Part shown: positions 1 to 8,961 of the stretch, piece after piece
Layout: the number at the start of each line of letters is the position of its first letter
How positions within the stretch are numbered: position 1 is the first letter of the stretch
DNA from: Bacilli bacterium
Lineage (GTDB): Bacteria; Bacillota_I; Bacilli_A; ML615J-28; CAG-313
Direction: 5' to 3'
Length of the DNA stretch: 64,000 bases
NCBI GenBank assembly: GCA_017937305.1
Contig: JAGBDV010000013.1
Span: 4,983 to 68,982, forward strand
Notes under the pieces: model-generated
What the model was told of the DNA's origin: nothing
Database searches by the model: none
What the model saw: only the letters and a program-made list of their open reading frames with translations
Made by a program: the position numbers and the translations under genes

Positions 1-1078
1 TTAAATATTCATGGTATATAAACTCAGTAGGTCTAACTTCTTTTAAATATTTAATAATTTTTGTAAAATCCATTTTATTATTTACATCAGTAGGAGCTAA
101 TAAAGTAATATAGAAACTATCTATACCTTTTAGTAATTTCTTTACATCAGTTTTCTTAATTTTTTTATCTACTGCAAGCATATAAAATCCATCTTCACAT
201 GCACAAACATAATACTTATCGACTAGATGTAAAGATTCTACAAATTCCATAAAACCATTCTTTTTTTGGCTATAATCAACAATAATCAATGTAAACTCAT
301 TTGATAAGCCAACTTGATTAAGTGATGATACATGTAAATAATTATCTTTCTTATCGTCAAAATCATCTTTATTTACTGAATAAACAAAATAATCTTCATA
401 TGGAAATTTCAAATTAGATTTCCTTACTAAATGATGATTAATGAATAAACTAACAAGTTCATCACTTTCTTTAACAGGATTTTTAACATTAAACTTATCA
501 CATAAATTATTAGATAGATACACATATTGGTTACTTGCTTGTTTAATACAATAATATAAATCTTCTTCATCAAGTAAAGTATTAATAACATTTTGTTTAA
601 AGCTTACTAGTTCTAAATTAACTAAACTATTAAATAGTAATGTTGCAGATGAATCTCCAATTTTAAAATCAGCATCATATTCATCAGCATAAATAATAAT
701 TGAACCTATTGTTAGATCATCTTTAATAACAGGGTATAAGTATAAATAATTAAATTTTAAATCTTGAATATTTTTACCAGAATACACTTCTTCTAATTCA
801 AAATTAAAATCGCTTTTACTAAATATATTAAGTTTATCTAAATCTCCACAAAAAGCTAACAATCCATCAAATATCTTTTCAAGTGGGAATTTTTTTAAAT
901 AAATTCTAGGTAGTTTAACATCATACGCAAATAGTTGTTTACCATCTAATAATTTACCACCTAAAGAGTCTGATTGATAATCTTTTCCATAAACAAATAC
1001 TGTCATTTGTTTAAATTTGATCTTAGATAAACTATCAAAATTTTGACCAATAAAATCTAAAATTACTTTTCTTTCCAT
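1..1078 (-). CDS. hypothetical protein; C-terminal end cut by the window edge (absent from the ORF track because no stop lies in the window)
   Basis: Manual minus-strand translation from the ATG at 1078 (MERKVILDFIGQNFDSLSKIKFKQMTVFVYGKD...) stays open to position 2 (...KEVRPTEFIYHEYL), about 359 codons. It starts 2 nt after the dtd stop on the same strand. No family recognised. Confidence 0.55.
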   Translation of the reverse strand, partial: MERKVILDFIGQNFDSLSKIKFKQMTVFVYGKDYQSDSLGGKLLDGKQLFAYDVKLPRIYLKKFPLEKIFDGLLAFCGDLDKLNIFSKSDFNFELEEVYSGKNIQDLKFNYLYLYPVIKDDLTIGSIIIYADEYDADFKIGDSSATLLFNSLVNLELVSFKQNVINTLLDEEDLYYCIKQASNQYVYLSNNLCDKFNVKNPVKESDELVSLFINHHLVRKSNLKFPYEDYFVYSVNKDDFDDKKDNYLHVSSLNQVGLSNEFTLIIVDYSQKKNGFMEFVESLHLVDKYYVCACEDGFYMLAVDKKIKKTDVKKLLKGIDSFYITLLAPTDVNNKMDFTKIIKYLKEVRPTEFIYHEYL

Positions 1079-1079
1079 T

Positions 1080-1520
1080 TTAAAATTCCAATTCTATTGT
1101 GACAGGTCCATCACAAATTGGATCAAGAATCATATGAGCACCAAAAATACCTTCTTCAACGACCATATTATATTCGCTTCTTAATATTTCATTAAATTGT
1201 TTATACAATTTAATGGCAGGTTCTGGAGACATACTATTTACAAATGAAGGGCGATTTCCTTTATTACAATCACCATATAGGGTAAATTGAGAAATAGATA
1301 ATATTTCACCTTTAACATCATTAATGCTTAAGTTCATTTTACCACATTCATCTTCAAAAATACGTAGTCCAACAATTTTCTTAGCCATTTTTTTTACATT
1401 TTCAATTGTATCTGAATGAGTAAAACCAACTAATAGCATAAACCCTTGACCAATTTTACCTGTTATTTTATTATCAACAGTGCATGATGCACTCAATACT
1501 TTTTGTACAATTACTTTCAT
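1080..1520 (-). CDS. dtd: D-aminoacyl-tRNA deacylase
   Basis: 146 aa with MKVIVQKV...GQGFMLLVGF...SISQFTLYGDCNKGNRPSF...GIFGAHM, typical of Dtd. Lies directly downstream of relA as in Bacillus. Confidence 0.9.
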   Translation of the reverse strand: MKVIVQKVLSASCTVDNKITGKIGQGFMLLVGFTHSDTIENVKKMAKKIVGLRIFEDECGKMNLSINDVKGEILSISQFTLYGDCNKGNRPSFVNSMSPEPAIKLYKQFNEILRSEYNMVVEEGIFGAHMILDPICDGPVTIELEF

Positions 1521-1521
1521 A

Positions 1522-3711
1522 TTATTTAAAAATTCTTTCTACAGAATACATTTCTGGCATTTTATTAAGTGCCAAAATAGCACGGTTTAAGTCTTCTAAA
1601 TTTGCGACTTGTAACTTAAATTTTGCAAGACACTCTTCATTTTTTGTTTTAGTTGAAGTAACTGATAAGATTGTAACATTACAATAATTTAGTGTGTTAA
1701 TCATATCAGCAGTTAAATTACGACGATCTCTTGCAAAAACTTTTAATGTTGTATTGAATACTTTTCCACTAAACATTAAGTCCCATTTAACATTAATAAA
1801 TCTTTCTTGATCTGATCTTAACATATTTGGACAACCCTCACGATGAATTACAATACCATATCCTTTTGAAATATAGCCATAGATAGTATCACCAAACACA
1901 GGTTGGCAGCAATTACCAAGCTTAACTTGTGCTTTAGGAAGACCATCAACATAAACTCCATAATCATTTTTTGAACTCTTATGTTCTCTTGAAGACATTG
2001 TGTCTTCACTATATTGCTTAAGTGCTTGAGCATCATCAAGTTTTACATCAGTTATACATAAAATACGATTAAGGGAAGCTTGAGCAGAAATCGTTCCTTT
2101 TCCTATTTCACAACATAAATCTTCAAATGTTTTAATATTAAGTTTAGAGAAAAATTCTTTAACTACTTTTTCATCAATTAATTTAATATCATATTCTTTA
2201 ATTTTACATACTTTTTCAAGTTCGGCAAGACCTGCAGCAATGAAATTATCACGTTGCTTTTTGTTAATATACGTTTTAATTTTGTTTCTAGCATGAGCAG
2301 TTTTTACTAACTTTAGCCAAGACTCAGTAGGTCCAGATGTACTTTTTGAAGTTTTAATTTCAACAACATCCCCAGTTTGTAATTTATAAGATAATGGCAC
2401 TATTTTACCATTTACTATAGCACCAACTGTTTTATTACCTACTTCTGAGTGAATACGGTATGCAAAGTCTAAAGGCATTGATCCATTTGGAAAATCATAA
2501 ACATCACCAGTAGGTGTAAAGACATACACACTGGCTGAGAATAAATCATCTTTTAATGTATCTAATGGATCATCACGTTCAGAACTTTCCAAAATTGATC
2601 CAAGTTCTTTATACCATTTTAACTTTTGTCCAATTTCTTTTTGTTCTTTTTCAGAAGAATATCCACTTCCTTCTTTATAAGCCCAGTGAGCAGCAATCCC
2701 TAGTTCTGCTACATTATCCATTTCATAAGTTCTAATTTGTACTTCGAAGATTTTTCCACCAGCACCAACAACTGTTGTATGAAGCGATTGATAAAGGTTA
2801 GTCTTAGGAACAGCAATATAATCTTTAAAACGCTTAGGAAGTGGTGTCCAAATACTATGGATTAACCCTAAAACATGATAACAGTCTCCAACAGAATTTA
2901 CAATTACTCTTAAAGCAAGTAAATCATAAATATCATCAAGGCGTTTGCTTTTAGTAACCATTTTATTATAAATGCTGTAAATATTTTTAATACGCCCCTT
3001 AATTTGATAATTTCCAATATTATTTTTTTCTAGCATTTCAACTAGTAATTTTCTCATTGCCTCAATGTCATCTTCTCGTTCACTCTTTTTTGAGACGATA
3101 TCAGAAGAAATTTCATAATAAGTTTCAGGATCAATGGCTTTAAAACTTAAATCCTCAAGTTCTGCTTTTAAACGATACATCCCTAAACGATGCGCTAGTG
3201 GAGCATATAAATCTAAAGTTTCTTTAGCAATACGTTTTCTTTTATCTTCAGGTTGAAATTCAATCGTACGCATATTATGAAGTCTGTCAACCAATTTAAC
3301 TAAAATTACACGAATGTCTTTAGACATTGCAATAAGTAATTTTTCATGATTAGATGCTAGAGCTTTTTCTTTAGTACGATATTTTAATTTACTAATTTTA
3401 GTTACACCATCAACGATTTCAGCAACTTCTGCATTAAACTCAGCTGCCATCTCTTCTTTTGTCATATCAGTGTCTTCTAACACATCATGTAGTAAACCTG
3501 CACAAAGTGTATTAGGACCAGCCTTAAGTGTAGCTAATATATAAGTAACTTCTAGAGGATGTTGAATATATGGATCTCCCGATTTTCTATATTGCCCTTC
3601 ATGATAAGACTTTGCAACATCATAAGCTTTTGTGATTAATTTAATATTTTCTTCATTTAAATATTGACTAACAAGTTCTACCAAATCATTAATTGTATGA
3701 GGTTTATCCAT
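1522..3711 (-). CDS. relA: bifunctional (p)ppGpp synthetase/hydrolase (RelA/SpoT homolog)
   Basis: 729 aa. N-terminal HD hydrolase motif (HEGQYRKSGDPYIQHPLEV...LLHDVLEDT), RelA_SpoT synthetase core, TGS and ACT-like C-terminus. SD AAGGTGGTGA lies upstream of the ATG. Confidence 0.95.
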   Translation of the reverse strand: MDKPHTINDLVELVSQYLNEENIKLITKAYDVAKSYHEGQYRKSGDPYIQHPLEVTYILATLKAGPNTLCAGLLHDVLEDTDMTKEEMAAEFNAEVAEIVDGVTKISKLKYRTKEKALASNHEKLLIAMSKDIRVILVKLVDRLHNMRTIEFQPEDKRKRIAKETLDLYAPLAHRLGMYRLKAELEDLSFKAIDPETYYEISSDIVSKKSEREDDIEAMRKLLVEMLEKNNIGNYQIKGRIKNIYSIYNKMVTKSKRLDDIYDLLALRVIVNSVGDCYHVLGLIHSIWTPLPKRFKDYIAVPKTNLYQSLHTTVVGAGGKIFEVQIRTYEMDNVAELGIAAHWAYKEGSGYSSEKEQKEIGQKLKWYKELGSILESSERDDPLDTLKDDLFSASVYVFTPTGDVYDFPNGSMPLDFAYRIHSEVGNKTVGAIVNGKIVPLSYKLQTGDVVEIKTSKSTSGPTESWLKLVKTAHARNKIKTYINKKQRDNFIAAGLAELEKVCKIKEYDIKLIDEKVVKEFFSKLNIKTFEDLCCEIGKGTISAQASLNRILCITDVKLDDAQALKQYSEDTMSSREHKSSKNDYGVYVDGLPKAQVKLGNCCQPVFGDTIYGYISKGYGIVIHREGCPNMLRSDQERFINVKWDLMFSGKVFNTTLKVFARDRRNLTADMINTLNYCNVTILSVTSTKTKNEECLAKFKLQVANLEDLNRAILALNKMPEMYSVERIFK

Positions 3712-3747
3712 AATTTCACCACCTTTCTAGTTTTAATAATAAATATT

Positions 3748-4266
3748 TTAATATGGATATTGAGTTAATGCAAATACATCAATACCAGATAATTTTTGTC
3801 TACCTTTTAATTCAGTAAGTTCAATAACAAATGCACATCCTACTACTTCAGCACCTAATGATGAAATTAACTCAACAGCAGCACCAATAGTTCCACCAGT
3901 TGCAAGTAAATCATCAATAATTAAAACTTTATCACCTTTTTTTACTGCATCAGCATGCATGCATAATGTGTTAGTACCATATTCTAAAGAATATTCTTTA
4001 CTAACAGTTTCACGAGGAAGTTTACCAGGTTTACGAATTGGAGCAAAACTTAAACCTAAGTCTACTGCAACAGGACATCCAAAAATAAAACCACGAGATT
4101 CTGGCCCAACAATAACAGTAGCCCCAACTTTTTTTGCATAAGCTGCAAGTTCTTGTGTAATTGATTTAAATACTTCCCCATTTGAAAGTAATGGAGTTAT
4201 ATCTTTAAATGAAATTCCCTTAATTGGAAAATCTTCTACTATTGCAATATAATCTTTATAATTCAT
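3748..4266 (-). CDS. apt: adenine phosphoribosyltransferase
   Basis: 172 aa with PRPP-binding motif [13 protein letters not shown]. Conserved apt-relA-dtd order. Confidence 0.95.
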   Translation of the reverse strand: MNYKDYIAIVEDFPIKGISFKDITPLLSNGEVFKSITQELAAYAKKVGATVIVGPESRGFIFGCPVAVDLGLSFAPIRKPGKLPRETVSKEYSLEYGTNTLCMHADAVKKGDKVLIIDDLLATGGTIGAAVELISSLGAEVVGCAFVIELTELKGRQKLSGIDVFALTQYPY

Positions 4267-4302
4267 ACTATTTTCTCCTCTTTTTTTATTGCTTTACATT
4301 AT

Positions 4303-4311
4303 ATTATACCA
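4303..4311 (-). promoter_or_regulatory. putative extended -10 element (TGGTATAAT on minus strand) for apt operon
   Basis: The reverse complement of attatacca reads TGGTATAAT, about 37 nt upstream of the apt ATG. The -35 is weak. Confidence 0.35.
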
Positions 4312-4397
4312 AATTTAGAAATATAATTAAAGTAAAAAGACTAAACATTTAAATTTTTACATAAAATTTATTAATAAGTTAAGAAGGAAGAATATAA

Positions 4398-5870
4398 ATG
4401 AAAATAAATAGATTACTAAAAAATACTTTAATCATTATTATTACTGGTTTAATTGTAAAAATAATTGGAATGATTGGTAAAATTATTACAACTAGAATTT
4501 TAGGAATAGAGGGAATGAGTAAATACGCTTTAAGCTATCCAACACTACTTTTATTTATTAATATTTCTGGTTTTTCAATGAATAATACTATGTCAAAATT
4601 AGTCTCAGAAGCTATAGCATCAAAACAATATTCTCCAAAATTACTACTAAAAAAAGGAATCAAAACTACATTTCTAATATCAAGCATATGCATTATAATC
4701 TACTTATGTTCAATCAATTTTATTAGTAAAAATCTTCTAAAAGATAATGAACTGATTATGCCTTTACTTATGGGAACTTTCTTAATTCCACTTGTAGGAA
4801 TTAGTGATGCATTAAGAGGATACCTTAATGGAATTAAAGCAGTAAAGTTTTCATCTACATCCTTATTTTTAGAACAACTAACAAGAACAATATTTTCTCT
4901 ATTAGGCATCTATATTGGACTAAAGATTAATATAATAATAGCAACTTCTTTTTTATATCTTGCATTATCTATCGGAGAAATAGCTTCAATTATATTTTGC
5001 CTTATTTATATAAAAAAGCATAAATTGATTCATTATCAAAACACACAAGGAGAACAAAAAATAATTTATAAAACTGCCTCTTATTTAACTTTATCTAGAA
5101 TAATTGGTAGTATTTCTTATTTTCTTGAACCAATTTTATACACCAATATTTTAATCTACTTAAATTATTCTAAAGAAATAATTCATAATACTTATACTAC
5201 TACTGACATTTACATTGTACCACTTCTCACAATTATTTCATTTATTCCCTTTTCTTTATCAACTGCAATAATACCACATATTTCAGAAGCTTACGCAAAA
5301 AATAATACCAAAAGCCTTAACTATTACTTAAATAAAGCATATATTTTCACTCTTTTCCCTGCCATAATTTGTTTATTATCAATACACTTTTATAGTAGTG
5401 AATTTATGAACTTACTATTTAAAACAACAATTGGCTCTACACTTGCGAAAAAGGTATCACTTCTTTTTATCTTTTACTATCTTCAAATCATAAGTTCATC
5501 AATCCTCCAAGCAATAGGTCAAGTAAAAATAATATTAATAAACTCATTTTTATCTAATTTATCAAGATTAGCACTGATATTAGTTTTACCATTTTTTCCT
5601 ACAATAAATATAAACTCAATACTTTATGCAGTTGTTATTTCAATTATAATATCCGCAACTTATCTAATAATTAATGTATTTAATAAAACCAAATTCAATA
5701 TTTATATTAATGAATTTATTTCACTAACATTTTTAGTTATCATTTCATATTTTGCTTTTGAATTATTTATATACTTTAAACTTAATTTTATTATATCATT
5801 ATTAATCGTTTTAATTTTTAATGGACTTGGATTTATTAAACTTTTTAAAAAAAATTATAATGGTAATTGA
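4398..5870 (+). CDS. spoVB: MOP-superfamily polysaccharide/lipid II flippase, SpoVB-like
   Basis: 490 aa polytopic membrane protein. The N-terminal half parallels B. subtilis SpoVB (LKNTLIIIITGLIVKIIGMIGKIITTRILGIEGMS...SDALRGYLNG...FLEQLTR). Location near apt-relA matches Bacillus. Confidence 0.65.
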   Translation: MKINRLLKNTLIIIITGLIVKIIGMIGKIITTRILGIEGMSKYALSYPTLLLFINISGFSMNNTMSKLVSEAIASKQYSPKLLLKKGIKTTFLISSICIIIYLCSINFISKNLLKDNELIMPLLMGTFLIPLVGISDALRGYLNGIKAVKFSSTSLFLEQLTRTIFSLLGIYIGLKINIIIATSFLYLALSIGEIASIIFCLIYIKKHKLIHYQNTQGEQKIIYKTASYLTLSRIIGSISYFLEPILYTNILIYLNYSKEIIHNTYTTTDIYIVPLLTIISFIPFSLSTAIIPHISEAYAKNNTKSLNYYLNKAYIFTLFPAIICLLSIHFYSSEFMNLLFKTTIGSTLAKKVSLLFIFYYLQIISSSILQAIGQVKIILINSFLSNLSRLALILVLPFFPTININSILYAVVISIIISATYLIINVFNKTKFNIYINEFISLTFLVIISYFAFELFIYFKLNFIISLLIVLIFNGLGFIKLFKKNYNGN

Positions 5871-5876
5871 TCCACT

Positions 5877-6524
5877 TCATTTACCATTATAATTTAATTT
5901 TTTTACAATATTTAATTTATTATCAATTATACAAGCTCCTAAAATTTCATTTAATATATACCCTTTTTCACTTAACTCTTTCAGAAGCCATTCTTCATTT
6001 TTTCCCAAACTTTTTAATATAACATAATCAATTTTACCACTTACAATAATCGGAAGACTTGCATCAATATCTTCTTTTTTCTTAAAAGAACTAAGTTTTC
6101 CACTTGTTTCAAGTACAGCAATTTCAACTTCTTGAATTGATTTAATCCCCTCACTTCTAAGTTGTGTATATAAGTCATCCATATTATACCTTTGTTTTTT
6201 CATTTCATTAGTATCAACCATACCATCAATAATAATATAACTAGACTTTCCATCAACAAGATTCCTTATTTTACTAAACTTTAAAGACAAAAAAGCAATT
6301 AAAACTTGAATTACTGCAACAACAATCATCGGAATTAAACTATAAAGAATGTCATCTTTAAACCCATCAATTCCAAGTACCATTAAATCTGCCATACTTA
6401 AAATTATTATTAAATCAAATAGACTTAGTTGTCCAACTTCTCTTTTACCCATAAATCTCATAAGTATGAAAAAACTAAAAAAACCAATTAATGTACGAAA
6501 TATAATATTAATGTAACTTTCCAT
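5877..6524 (-). CDS. DUF421 (YetF-like) membrane protein
   Basis: 215 aa. N-terminal TMs with MRFMGKREVGQLSLFDLIIILSMADL and C-terminal LRSEGIKSIQEVEIAVLETSGKLS, characteristic of the YetF/DUF421 family. Confidence 0.75.
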   Translation of the reverse strand: MESYINIIFRTLIGFFSFFILMRFMGKREVGQLSLFDLIIILSMADLMVLGIDGFKDDILYSLIPMIVVAVIQVLIAFLSLKFSKIRNLVDGKSSYIIIDGMVDTNEMKKQRYNMDDLYTQLRSEGIKSIQEVEIAVLETSGKLSSFKKKEDIDASLPIIVSGKIDYVILKSLGKNEEWLLKELSEKGYILNEILGACIIDNKLNIVKKLNYNGK

Positions 6525-6567
6525 TCTAAAATCTACCTCAATATAATATAATCAAATAGGTGATAAA

Positions 6568-6942
6568 ATGCAATTTATAAAAAATACTGCTAAATCTTAT
6601 CTCTTTTTTCTTATTATTACCAGTATTTCATCAATTATTTATACTTCAATTATTTATTTTTCTAATACTCAAATTTCTACTAACACATTAAACATAATCT
6701 CTTTCTTTGCATCAGTAGTAATCTTTTTTATTTTAGGTATCTATATTAGCCATATTTTTAAAGAAAAAGGACTAATGAATTCCTTTATGATTTCATTAAT
6801 CCTACTATTATTAATTTTATTACTTAAAATTATAACTAAATCTTTTAGCGTATCATGGATAATTAAAAGTATAAGTTGTTTACTTGCTAGTTCAATTGGG
6901 GGAATAATTGGAATAAACTTTAAGCGTAAAAAAACTATTTAA
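6568..6942 (+). CDS. small integral membrane protein (possibly YrzE/TIGR04086-like)
   Basis: 124 aa with about 4 predicted TM helices. SD-like AGGTGA lies upstream. The family call rests only on size, topology and proximity to the spoVB-like gene. Confidence 0.4.
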   Translation: MQFIKNTAKSYLFFLIITSISSIIYTSIIYFSNTQISTNTLNIISFFASVVIFFILGIYISHIFKEKGLMNSFMISLILLLLILLLKIITKSFSVSWIIKSISCLLASSIGGIIGINFKRKKTI

Positions 6943-7777
6943 CTTTTTTAAAGCGCTTATAAAAACTAAGATCAATAGGTAATGCTTTAGAAGAATCAGA
7001 TAAAGAAGGAATAATAATATATTTATAACCTAATTTAGCAGTTAGTCTTAAATGTTTAAGTTCAATTTCAGATTGAAGTTCAAGAATTTTTTTATCATTA
7101 TTGATAATTGAACAATTCTTAATAACTTGTTCTTTTGAACAAGTAAGTCTTATTACTGAAGCACTAGAGAATAATGCTTCTTCAAATTCAATTTGATCAT
7201 TCACTTCAACAATTGGTTTAATTGATTTATCAACTTCTTTTACTGCTTTGATGGCATCATCAATTGATTCAAATCTAGCTATTGTGTTACTAGACAAAAC
7301 ACAATAGTTTTTATTTTCTTCGTATAAAATACCACCGCCATGAGTAAAGGCAAGTCTTGCAAAATCGTCTAAACCAGGAGCAGAATGACCAGAATATAGC
7401 AATTTTGTTTCTAAATTAGCAAGCTCCAAATTAAACTTCGCAACAGCACTTGCAATACCAGACATATAACGTACAAAATTAAGTGCTAAATCTGCAACCC
7501 TTAAAATTTCATTCATTGGTCCAGAAATTACACAGATAACATCGCCACGATTAACGTATGTTCCATCTTCTTTTAATATTCTAAATCCTATTTTACTGCT
7601 TGATTTTTTAAAAATATATTGTGCAATATTTATGCCTGATACAACTCCTGTTGTTCTCGATATAAAATTACAAGAAGTTACGTCTGTATTTTTCTTAAAC
7701 ACTTCTTTAATGGGGTTTTCTTCTTCTTTTATGTTACTAATTAATTCATCAATATATTGTTCTAAAGTTTTTTTCAT
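6935..7777 (-). CDS. nicotinate-nucleotide pyrophosphorylase (NadC/QPRTase)-like protein with degenerate active-site motifs
   Basis: 280 aa, colinear with NadC (GVVSGINIAQYIF...GPMNEILRVADLALNFVRYMSGIAS...APGL...THGGG). Canonical TRKT, NHR, KDNH and LDN motifs read SGHS, LYE, SSNT and LTC. Confidence 0.6.
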   Translation of the reverse strand: MKKTLEQYIDELISNIKEEENPIKEVFKKNTDVTSCNFISRTTGVVSGINIAQYIFKKSSSKIGFRILKEDGTYVNRGDVICVISGPMNEILRVADLALNFVRYMSGIASAVAKFNLELANLETKLLYSGHSAPGLDDFARLAFTHGGGILYEENKNYCVLSSNTIARFESIDDAIKAVKEVDKSIKPIVEVNDQIEFEEALFSSASVIRLTCSKEQVIKNCSIINNDKKILELQSEIELKHLRLTAKLGYKYIIIPSLSDSSKALPIDLSFYKRFKKVK

Positions 7778-7837
7778 ATAATCACCTAAATTTATTATAC
7801 CAAATTTAACGCTTAATTAATAATAAAAAGATAACAA

Positions 7838-7868
7838 AATAATCTATGATTAAAAATCATAGATTATT
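7838..7868 (-). terminator. rho-independent terminator after ydjG-like gene
   Basis: 14-bp perfect stem aataatctatgatt/aatcatagattatt with a 3-nt loop, followed on the minus strand by a T-rich run. Confidence 0.5.
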
Positions 7869-7873
7869 TACTT

Positions 7874-8953
7874 TTATCCATATATATTAACCAATAATAA
7901 TAACAATGCTACTAATGCAATAATTCCAAAAATAGTTAATAATATTTTAAGAATAGATTTAGGATATTTAGCTTTAAGTTTCCCATTTTCTCCATTAACT
8001 ATAAAACGATATTTTTTATTTTTATAGTCTAAAATTCCAAACCAAACTGGTAATAAAACATATTTATATGAAACCCTGTTATAATGAGTATCGATGTTTA
8101 AATCACCTACAACATCATAACTATAGCCACTTAAAATAGAATATCTAATTCTTTGATTCATTATATATTTAGCGGATTCAAACCCACTTTTAACATCTTT
8201 TGTATAATGTTCAGCCTTAAACCCAGCAAGGTATCCTTCTTCAAATATTATCGAATCATTTGTATTAAAAGGAGAAATACTATTTAAATCTTCTTGTGAT
8301 AATGATTTCCCAGAATTAATTAAAACATCGTCAAAATCTAAAAGATGAGTACCGCTTATACTATACCATCTAATTTTAGTTACTGTTCGCTTATTTTTTC
8401 CAGTGCCAACAGTTACAGTATAGCGCTTTCCTAAACGCCCAGTATAAGTAGAAAATGTGTTTGTATCATATGTCCAAGAAGGAATATATACTCCATTTAT
8501 GGATAAATCTAAATGCATTTTTTTAACTTTACTAGGAACAAAAAATTTCTTTTTTATCTTATTTCTATATACAGTAATACAATCATCGCTAGATAACTTA
8601 AAAGGAATTACACGATTAGGTTTTATCCCAGGAATTTCATCATAAGTAATTACTTGTTTCGAACCACAAAATGGACAAATCGTGCTCATTTCTTTTTTGG
8701 AAATTACATTTTCATTACCACAACTAGCACACCTAATTAATTGATTTTCTTTTTGCCATGATAAATTATCATCTGATTCACTATAAAAATCTACTTCACG
8801 ATCTGAAAATACTTTATCCAAATTAATTATTCGATTGCAATAATCACACTTTAATGAAGCAGATTCCGGGTCATACTGCATCGGCGCTCCACATTCAGGA
8901 CATTTATATGTATTATTATCAACTTTTTCAACAAATTCATCTTGATGTTCCAT
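7874..8953 (-). CDS. YdjG-like zinc-ribbon protein with C-terminal TM anchor
   Basis: Two CxxC...CxxC ribbons (CPECG...CDYCN; CASCG...CPFCG) and a C-terminal TM (ILLTIFGIIALVALLLLLV). Start moved to the ATG at 8953 (MEHQDEF...), preceded by an AAGGTG that overlaps the upstream stop. The track start at 8980 overlaps the upstream gene. Confidence 0.6.
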   Translation of the reverse strand: MEHQDEFVEKVDNNTYKCPECGAPMQYDPESASLKCDYCNRIINLDKVFSDREVDFYSESDDNLSWQKENQLIRCASCGNENVISKKEMSTICPFCGSKQVITYDEIPGIKPNRVIPFKLSSDDCITVYRNKIKKKFFVPSKVKKMHLDLSINGVYIPSWTYDTNTFSTYTGRLGKRYTVTVGTGKNKRTVTKIRWYSISGTHLLDFDDVLINSGKSLSQEDLNSISPFNTNDSIIFEEGYLAGFKAEHYTKDVKSGFESAKYIMNQRIRYSILSGYSYDVVGDLNIDTHYNRVSYKYVLLPVWFGILDYKNKKYRFIVNGENGKLKAKYPKSILKILLTIFGIIALVALLLLLVNIYG

Positions 8954-8961
8954 AAAACACC

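Noticed and set aside
170-260. The C-terminal CACEDGFYMLAV segment of the edge ORF, considered as a degenerate GGDEF motif with an upstream GAF-like segment.
   Set aside because: The flanking GGDEF-domain landmarks (D.LTGL.NR, then the DxD about 40 aa before GGDEF) do not fit. The only GL.N-like string sits 4 aa before the IIVDY segment rather than about 25-30 aa. The resemblance is too weak to report as a call.
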